Shown piece by piece: positions 11,757-20,804 of a stretch of 35,879 nt of DNA. Numbering within the stretch: position 1 is the stretch's first letter; every line of letters begins with the position of its first letter. The notes beneath the pieces were generated by a model that saw only the letters and a program-made list of their open reading frames with translations, did not search any database and was not told the origin of the DNA. Both the position numbers and the translations under genes were made by a program. Location: assembly GCA_003990765.1 (NCBI GenBank), contig RBNJ01000235.1, positions 1 to 35,879 on the forward strand, written 5' to 3'. The stretch is from Jimgerdemannia flammicorona. Lineage: Eukaryota.

Positions 11757-14700
11757 ACAACTACCCTGACTACAAGAGTCACCCCTGCAAGAATTCAAGA
11801 TAAGATAGAAATATGTCCCCCCACATTATATAGATATACTACTAAAGAGTCAATCATTAAAGACTTTGAATAATTTGCTACTATTCAAGCCCTCAACATG
11901 GATACATAATTGGCCCTTCTACCAGTTAGTCTCAGAGGACCTGCCAGAGGTAAGTTTAATATAGCCACTATTGCTGATGCTGGTGCAGCCAAACTTACCA
12001 ACATAAAAGCCTTTCTCAGAACAACATACTATACTGAAGAGATCAAGCAAGCTCTCAAAGATCAACTCAATACTATCTGCCAGGGACTCAGTGAAGATCC
12101 CAACTCATTCTATATCCAAATCTGCTACCAGATTGTCTTGGCTGACTATGATGACTACCTTAAGAAACAAATAGCAGATTCAACCTTCCTCAAAGGAGTT
12201 CACTCTGAAATTGCCCTAGCAATCTAGTCTACCCCAGCTGCACTGACCCTTGATCAGAAAGTGGTCTTTATATAGAGATATTAGACTACCAGACACTCAG
12301 CTAAATACTCAATAGAGAAAATAACTGGCATCAAGATAGAGCAATCAAAGTCAACTAGTATCATACCTACCATAGTTGTAAACAGACAACTATCCCTATC
12401 TATCCCCAAAGCAACCAAAGTTGATCCAGTAGAGAAACTCACCAAGCAGTTTGCTGAGATGGCTGCATATCTTGGTGATATTGTTAGAGAAGTCTGAAGT
12501 ACCAACAGGAGACCAGTGCAGAGATTTATAGCTGCTACAGAAGAATGCAATATTACATGCTTCAGATATGGAGAAGAAGGCCACTATGCAAAGAGTTGCA
12601 TGACTGAAACAAGATACAAAGCCCAGCCAATTAATGCTAGCAGAACTAGAGAACAAATCAATGCAGTAGTCATCAAGGAGATTGATGATACTGATGATGA
12701 AGAATACTATGAGGAGTTTGAATTTTACCCTGCTACTGAAGGTATCAGAACTCAGTCCAAGCCCTATGACAAGAAGAGCAACAGCAAGCCAGTTGGAAGA
12801 CCAAAGAAGACCCCAGCTATCACTATCTAAAGTAATATCCAACCTAAGGAGATTGATCAAGACATAGAGTTAGATGAAGCTATCTGCCAAATTATTGAAG
12901 GTACTACTCCAGTCTCTGGAGAAAGCAAAAGCAAGAAGAAACAGAAGCTATATAAGACTAAGATCCACTAGTATGATATCTATAAGAATCTTAAGAAATA
13001 GAAGATCAATGCTACTTTTGGACAGCTAGCTGAAGTCTCTGCCTTCAGATAGCAGTTAAGAGTAGGACTTGCAACTACTGCCAAGAATAAAGAGTATAAG
13101 ATTGTAGAAGCTTACAATGCACAAGAAGATGATCAAGAAGACTTAGGTAAAGAATCTGAAGACCAGTGTAAGACATCAGCCTATACCCTATGTCAGATTG
13201 AAGATTGTATCTTTGATGCCATTATTGATACCAGTGCTGGAAGATATCTCATGAGCAAGAAAGTCTAGACTGGGACATTGAAGAGTCCACCAAGATGGTC
13301 TATGTTACAGTAGATGGTACACAAGCTACCCCTCTTGGCAAAATCTGAGAAGTCTCCATTAAGATAGAAGGAGCTATCATCCCAGTAGATGTGATTGTTA
13401 TAAGTACTACCAATTATGATATTCTCATTAGTAATCAATGGCTTTACAAGGCCAAGGCCATTATTGATCTCAATGTCTAGAAGATATAGATCAACTATAG
13501 AGAAAGAAAGATACAAGTCTCTATTAATGTCCACAAAGGAGTTCTACCAGACATAGAGAAAGGAGATGAAGAGGATACAGAAGTCTTCATACACTTGGTG
13601 AAAAAAAATAAAAATAAGACACCCAAGCTCACAGATGAGTAGTAGTATAACAAGATCATCAATAACTATACTTCTCAAGAAAGCTGCCCCCATGGTACTA
13701 GGATGTACTGCTCTGAACACCTGAATGACTGCTGGTCCTATATCAGTGAAGTCAGGAAAATCTATCAACAGAAGCATGAGCAAGAAGCTACTGAAGTAAA
13801 AAGGAAAGCTGAAGAAGATGACCAGCCCCCAGAGCTGTAAGCTGACAGTGATGATGAGGAGGAATAAGAACCAGACATCATCCTCAAGGTTAAAAAGTTT
13901 CACCCTGAAGCCAAGATCCCAGAATATAAGACTAAAGGAGCCATAGGAATAGACCTTGCCAGTATTCAAGATACTACTCTTGAACTACAGACCACCACTC
14001 TACTTAGTACCAGAATTGGAGTCAAGCTGCTAGAGAACCATGTTGAAATTATCAAGACCAGAAGCAGTCTGGCCAAAGAGTAATTGACCCTGATTACACT
14101 GGTGAGATCTTCCTCATAGTCAGGAATTACAACCCCACTACCCCATTCAAAGTTAAGAAGTATGACAGGATTGGCCAGATACTGATCTATGAAATTAAGA
14201 AGCCCAAGATCACTGAAGTCATTGAACTCATCAAGATCAAGAAAGGAGAACAAGGCTTTAGATCTACTGAAAGAGGAGTCTATACAGCCACCAAGATTAC
14301 CAAACTTGAGCACAAGAAAGACAAGGACCAGAATAAGTACACATATATCATTGGAGAAAACTTTCCTCTGGAAGAACAACTTCCTAAGATCCTATACTAG
14401 AATGAAAGAGTACTTGCTACAGACTTCAAGAATATCTACAATCAAGAACTCAAGTACTATTATGAAGTTGATACTAGTAATACCAAGCCCATCTACCAGA
14501 AACTCAGACCCATACCACCTACCTATAGAGAATGACTGCAAGCAGAACTCAAGGAAATGGAAGAAGCTGGAATTATCAAGCAAGCTATCAGTCTCTGGGC
14601 TTCACCTATTGTCCTTGCCCCAAAGAAAGGAAGCAAGCCTGGAGAGTTTGTGTTAAGACTCTGCATTGACTACAGAAAGCTCAATACAATCATCAAGAAG

Positions 14701-15568
14701 AATAGACAGTTCTTGCCAAATATTCAAGAAATCCTTACTACTCTTGGAAGCAAAGCCAAATACTACACCACCTTGGATCTGTTCTCAGGCTTCCATCAGA
14801 TTGGTCTCACTCAAGATGCCAGTGAGAAATCAGTCTTCATCACACTTGATGCCACATATCTACCTGTGAATGCCATTTTGGAATATGCAATACCCCAGCA
14901 AGTTTTTAGTAAATAATGAACAGAGTCTTCAGTAATGAGATTGGAAAATAGCTCTTTGTCTATATTGATCATATGATCATCTTCAGCAATACTACACAGA
15001 AATATATCAACCACATACAGCTAGCCCTCAAGAAGCTCAAGGAGCATGGCCTCTACATCAAGTCTAATAAATGTAAGTTTGTGGCTCAGGAAATCGCCTA
15101 CCTAGGACATCTCATCAACCAGACCAGAATCCACACAGACCCCATGAAGATTGAGGCTATTGCAGCCTACCCAAGACCCAGAACAATCACAGAAGTCCAT
15201 GCCTTCCTTGGACTGACCTCCTACTACAGAAGATTCATCAAAGAATACTCTAACATTACAGCACCTATCTATGAGCTACTGAAGAAGGAGGTTAAATTTG
15301 AATGGACCAAAGAACACTAAGAAACCTTCAATGAACTCAAGATCAGATTGACCCAAGCATCTATCCTCAGAAGACCAGATTAGAACCTATAGTTCATCCT
15401 ACAGACAGATGCAAGTGCTATAGAATATAGAGCAGTCCTAGCTCAGAAGAAAGATAGACATGAATATGTCATCTATGCAAGCTGAGATACCTGTAGAGTA
15501 GAACAGAACTATGAGTCATGTAAGTTCAAATGCTTGGCAGTAGTTTGAGCAGTAGACAAGTTTTACTA
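11757..15568 (+). pseudogene. A2 Gag-PR-dUTPase-RT-RNase H(partial) pseudogene
   Basis: CFRYGEEGHYAKSC knuckle, AIIDTSAG, dUTPase ~13880-14272, WASPIVL/RLCIDYRKLN/LDLFSGFHQI, FLGLTSYYRRFI, QTDAS. Confidence 0.92.
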
Positions 15569-16163
15569 AGTAGAAGAGTAATTATAGTAGATCAGTTAAG
15601 TGTCAGACTAGTGATAGTTATTAGGGCTGAGATAAGTACTATATCAGTGAGACCTTCTGATTGGTACAGGACAGTAGATAATAGATATCACTCTTGGCTA
15701 TTCTTGATATATTACAGTATTGCTTAGAGATTATTGAAGAGTCTAAGGCTATCTAGATTAGATGTCTTAACTATACTCAAAAGCTGATATAGTAATATAA
15801 TTGAAATTTACAGACTTGTGTAGTAGGATATTAGAGGTCTCTTCTGATCTTATATATAAGTTCTCTACTTACTTCATTAGAAAGAACTAGATTTTATCAA
15901 CTATTTTGTATTTTTGAGAGAGTTTTTTCTTTATCTATCACTCTTTTTGAGGTAGCAGAGGCTATTCTATTTAGCTTAGATATAGTCTTATATTTGAACT
16001 ATATATATATATAAAATATTATATAATGAACTAAGATTACTTTTTATTTAATTATTTTTATTAATCTTATAAATAATGAAATAATATAAATTTAAAATTA
16101 TTTTACTTTTTTTTTTTATCTTTTATATTTATGTAATTATTTTTAATATAATTATAATAATAC

Positions 16164-16190
16164 TATTATTATTATTATTATTATTATTAT
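16164..16190. repeat. (TAT)9 microsatellite within AT-rich tract ~15990-16285
   Basis: Read directly. Confidence 0.85.
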
Positions 16191-16285
16191 ATTATATTTA
16201 AATTAGAAATATTTTTAATTAATAATAATAATAATATCTTAAAGTTATTAAAATTTATTTATTCTTTATTATATTCTTTATATAT

Positions 16286-16751
16286 TATAATATAGCAGAC
16301 ACTTAATCTTGGAAGTACATCAGATTTCTATATCTTGAAAACTTGATCTTCTTTGACTCTACAGAGTCCTCAGGATATAGGAGTGGGTAAATTAGAAGTA
16401 TATCTGCCCACAGGCTTACTAGTTCCTTTACTTTCTCTTGCTTTGAACTATTTCAATTTGAGGTTTATTCACTCTAAGATACTGGATTATTATATAAGTT
16501 TGCTAGCTATAAGATAGTTAAGTTATAACTATATTTGCTATGAGATATTTTCTGCAAGTATTAAATCATTTAACATCTGTGAAATCTTCAATATTCACAA
16601 AAACTTCAATATTTGTGAAAACTTTTAATAGTTGCAAAATAATAATGACAGCTATTTATAAGACTATACTATATTGGAAATTGGATTCAGATACTATAAT
16701 TAAATATTTAATTCTCCTGATTTATATTTCTAATTTGGATCAGCCATCACA
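16286..16751 (-). repeat. B 3' LTR (~466 bp, inferred)
   Basis: On minus strand starts TGTGAT after a purine tract and ends ATTATA (= ATCACA deaminated); 3' end resembles family A U5 (AATCTGATGTACTT); partner LTR not in window. Confidence 0.65.
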
Positions 16752-17228
16752 ACTTCTTCCTAAATAGGTAATTCATCTCTAAAATATTCTATTCAAACTT
16801 CCAAGCTTCTATGATTTATATCTCCTTGTACTGTGCAATTTGCACCATTATATACTTTCAGTATTATCTCTTGATATATCTGAAGTCTTCTGAAACTACT
16901 TCATAAAGATAGACTAGAGCTGGCTCATTGTCTTTAAACATCTTATTGACTTGTTTGGTAGTTGTGATCTGAGTTTAAGAGAGCTGGTACTCTCTAATCT
17001 AGTCTTCTTTTCCCATATCTGACTATAAGTTTAATAGCTATCCTAACTTGAAGTATTTTTGAAACTTGGTTCAGTTCTAGTAGGTCTTAAAGTGTGAGAT
17101 TTATAACAAGTATGTCTGAACTATACTCTATATACTGTCAAAGGATTCTTCTATAATCAGTGGCTCAGTAGTACACCATTGTCTTTCTATGGCTCACTGT
17201 ATAGTACTGATGATCTTGAGTACTCCAT
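16747..17228 (-). pseudogene. Accessory ORF3 of B, between integrase and PPT (~160 codons)
   Basis: LKIISTIQ(R)AIERQ...KFQKYFKLG(Q)LL...TTKQVNKMFKDNEPALVYLYEVVSEDFRYI; the ATG at 17228 needs a 1-nt indel to be in frame. Confidence 0.65.
16753..16761 (-). other. B polypurine tract
   Basis: AGGAAGAAG one base before TGTGAT. Confidence 0.6.
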
Positions 17229-17231
17229 TAG

Positions 17232-17750
17232 TTAGTCATGATACTTCTTGAGTTGGTTTCAGCAAATAGTAGTAGGGATGATTATTTCTATAAGTTTTCA
17301 TAACCAAAAGGTAGTCTCTTTTATATCTTGCACAAGATAAGGTCCTTCTCACTTAGACTTTAGTTTTCATGACCATGAAGCTTCTACCATGTTCTGATAT
17401 ATCAGGACCTTATCTCCTATCTTGATAATCTCTAGGGGCTTATGGATTTTTTCTGTATTATTCCATTGTAGTGTCTGCATCTTAGTTATGTAATTCTCAG
17501 CCTTCTTTATAATTTGGTATAGTCTCTATATTTCTCTGTCTACACATTTTCATACAGTATTCCTATTAGATAATAGAGTTTCTTGAGAACTTTCTTCTCT
17601 GAACAGCATTTTCCAGAGAGTGAAATGAGTGCTTTGTGATCAAATATTTCAGAGAGCAGATAATACTATTGATAGATAGTGATCTCAGTTTTCATAGTTA
17701 TTACAGATCTTGGCAATAATATTCTTAAGAGTCTTATTGGTCCTTTCTGT
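17232..17750 (-). pseudogene. B integrase, C-terminal part
   Basis: ERTNKTLKNIIAKI ... EGPYLV ... NQLKKYHD*. Confidence 0.85.
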
Positions 17751-19244
17751 TGTCATGTAGTGGTCGCTGAGTCCTTCAAATATACCAGATTCTCTTCAAG
17801 ATGTATCTCTTAGACTAACTCAAGTTTGTTATAAGCAAGTTCTTATTGGAGTGCCTTCCCAAGGTCTTATAGTCCTCAAACTTCTTATCTTTAACTATCT
17901 TGTTATCTCTTAGATTGCTTGCAAGGCAGTGTATATAAGTGAAATCAGAACTGACTTTATTTTAGAGGAAATAAGAGGGGTATTTATACAAAATATAATT
18001 CAATAGTTGCTAAGATATAAAGCTAAATATAAATTCCAATAACTAAAACTACTAAGTTCCAGAGTTGGTACTGATGGTTGTACAGGTTCAGGATACTGGT
18101 ATAATTCAGTATCACATCAGAATACTGATGCTGGAATAATTTCGTGTTATCTCAGAATACCAGTGCTGGTATTATCTAGTGTAATAAAGAACTTAGAGCA
18201 GAAAGTTCAGGACCATGGAGGCTTCATCCTCATCATCAGAGGTCAGGATATCTTTGAAGGAGATGAGGTCCACAAATTTGTCATTTTTGCATACTTCAAT
18301 GTTGTGTGGAGTGACATCATTGCTGATGATGTCATCACATTTAGTGGTAGGAAGGAGGTCTGGGGCTCTCTAGTCCATGAGGTTCTCTTCCACAAAATAG
18401 GGGACAAATGTGGGGTCTTGGGGAGATCTATCTCAGATACTTGGGCCTTGGAATACTAAGATCAATCCTTGCAGAAATTGGTCTGGGTTGTCTTGGAGGA
18501 TGGGGTGTCAGAAGTCTTCTATTTCATCACTATTGAGAGTGATAGTAGACTGGGCTTCTGTAGCCACCCTGGCTTCTAGTGCATTGATATGGCAGGATGA
18601 CAGGTCTCTGAAATCTAAGACTCTAACATACTCCAAGTTGGGGATCGACTATAGTGCATGCCTGAAGATCTAATGGATCTTCTTAGCTATCTTTGTTTTG
18701 CATATATCCATAGGAGTGGCATCTTATAGCTCTTGAGTGCTGGCCTGTAGGAACTCCTGGCAGAGGAGATTTCCTATTTTGTACTCCTGCCACATTTGGA
18801 GGCATTCAGTAGCAATGGTGATCCTTGTTTCCATTTCATAGTAGTAGAGGATAAAGTTATAGGGATCTGCAGTACCCAGGTTGACACTAGGAGTCCTTCT
18901 TGAGCAGGTCCTCATGGCTCTTCTGATGTCTTAGAATATCCTTTCCTCAACTAAGAGGCCTTGGTAATTCCTTGATCTTGAGGTTTGGCAGGCAGTAGGC
19001 ATTTCATTTGTGATAAGTCTTTGAGCTATTTTGGGATTGGTGGTTCTTGTTGGTTGCTGCTACTGCAGTTCCTTGATCCTTCTTTTATATTCTTCAGGAT
19101 GCTTGTACTGTGGTCACAATGACTCACAGTTGGTCATCATTGCTCATCTCATATGCCATATGATCTTCTTGTACTCTGATCTGGTGGCTTGCAAGGAAAG
19201 GCTGTCTCCTGTGCTGATGTCATTATTTTGGGGTTGCTGTTACA
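17751..19244 (-). repeat. A3 3' LTR (1494 bp)
   Basis: TGTAACA...ATGACA on minus strand; colinear with 24940-26418. Confidence 0.95.
18193..19002 (-). pseudogene. Accessory ORF3 in the A3 3' LTR
   Basis: Same frame as track ORF 18724-18915; ends ...MVLNFLL*. Confidence 0.78.
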
Positions 19245-19253
19245 TCTTCCCCT
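19245..19253 (-). other. A3 polypurine tract
   Basis: AGGGGAAGA abutting TGTAACA. Confidence 0.85.
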
Positions 19254-19556
19254 GAATAAGGATCTTCCTGAACATCCTTATTCATTGGTCCAGTCCTGAA
19301 AAATTTGCTGATCCCATAACCTCTGGCAAGGGGTTGAAAAGTGGTATTTATGGGCTGGTGTCTTCCCTTTGTATTTTGGTGTGATGGTGAAGGGTTGCTC
19401 CCTTCATATAGAGCAAGGGCCTGATTCTGATCTTGACCAATCAGTTGATGGTTCAAACTCCTCTAACTTCGAAAGTCTCATGGATAAGTAGTTACCAGTG
19501 CCATATCCCTTAGTGAATGGTCCAGACAGATAGCCTGCTGGTCATGGGACATACTG

Positions 19557-20804
19557 TTATGATTTGCAGACTAGAACCTTATGGGCAGTCATCACATTTT
19601 GCTTCTCTTGTATAGGTTTGTGGTACTTCTTGAGTCTGTTCCTATGTACTGTAGTAGGTAATATGGTCCCTGAGATTTTTTTAAGCCAGATGGTGGTTCC
19701 CTTGATATCTTGTACATAGAAGGGTTCTTCTCATTTGGGCTCCAGTTTTCGCAACCATGAGGCTTCTACCATATTTTGATACAGTAGAATCTTTTCTCTG
19801 ATTCAGATGGATTCTAGGACCTTGTGATTCTTTTCCACATTCTTTCTTGTTAGTGCTTGTGACTTGGTGATGTAATCTTTAGCCTTCTTCCTAATTTGGT
19901 ATAGTCTCTGGATTTCTGCATCAACCCATCTCTAAGTTAGGTTTAGATTTGTGGCTGAGGTTCCATCAGAATCTTCTTCTCTGAAGAGCAGCTCTCTTGG
20001 GGTAAAGTGTGTACTCTGTGACTATATATCTCATAGGATAGAGAGGGCAGTTGGGAGATAGTTATCCCAATTCTCATATGTCTCTGAGATCTTCACTAGG
20101 ATGTTCTTGAGAGTCTTGTTAGTTCTCTCTGTCTATCCATTTCCTTGAGGGTGGTATACAGTGGTCTTGATGTGCTGGATCTTGTATTTCTGATATATTA
20201 TCTCATAAAATCTATTGACAAATTCTGTTCCATAGTCTGTTGTGATTTGTTTTGGTATCTTGTAGCAGCAGATGATTTCTCAGTACAGGAAGTCAGCTAT
20301 AGAGAGGACATTGGCTTCTTGTAATACTCCTACCTCTATTCATTTGGTGAAGAGGTCTACAATAACTATAATATAGCGGTTTTCTGATAGTATTACTGGT
20401 AGTGGTCCAATGATATCCATTGCAATGTGGTGGAAGGAGATAGGCTCAATTCTTGATGACTCAGGTGCCTGGTCTTGCTGATCTTGTTTCTGTTTTTGGC
20501 ACTTGTCACACCCTTTGACAAATTGGTGCAGGTCTTCTTCCATCTTGGATCACCACATAGTTCTTCTTGTCTTATCATATGTGTTAGTTCCTCCTAAGTA
20601 TCCTTGCTTGTGTACTTCCTTTATTACTTGATACTTCTTGTGTTTGGATATTACTAGCTTTTCTCCTTTTCTGAGTGTAGTGTTGTCTAGTTCAAACTGT
20701 TTTCAAGTTTGGTTGATAATAGTGATTATCCAGGGTTTGAGGTGGTTGGTCATCTTCTGCTGCCCAAGATAGCTGATTAATCCATAGTATAGCTCTTTAT
20801 TCAT
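19557..20804 (-). pseudogene. A3 integrase (separate ORF, MNKELYYGLISYL...); 3' end approximate
   Basis: HKQGYLG...CDKC zinc finger, AMDIIGPLP, TDYGTEF, YHPQGNG(Q)TER, KLEPK..EPF, RNRLKKY. Confidence 0.92.

Larger units (their letters stand above)
10180..15568 (+). mobile_element. Ty3/Gypsy family A copy 2, truncated within RNase H
   Basis: 5' LTR, PBS, gag to RH colinear with A3; homology stops abruptly after ...AVDKFY at ~15568. Confidence 0.93.

Noticed and set aside
12830..13230. Programmed gag/pol frameshift
   Set aside because: In A2, gag reads into protease in the same frame; frame changes in A3 gag are copy-specific indels
16578..16640. CRISPR array
   Set aside because: Short tandem units without unique spacers, no cas genes, eukaryotic retroelement context
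19500..19700. Chromodomain at the integrase C-terminus
   Set aside because: No chromodomain motif after the GPY/F-like region; not called a chromovirus
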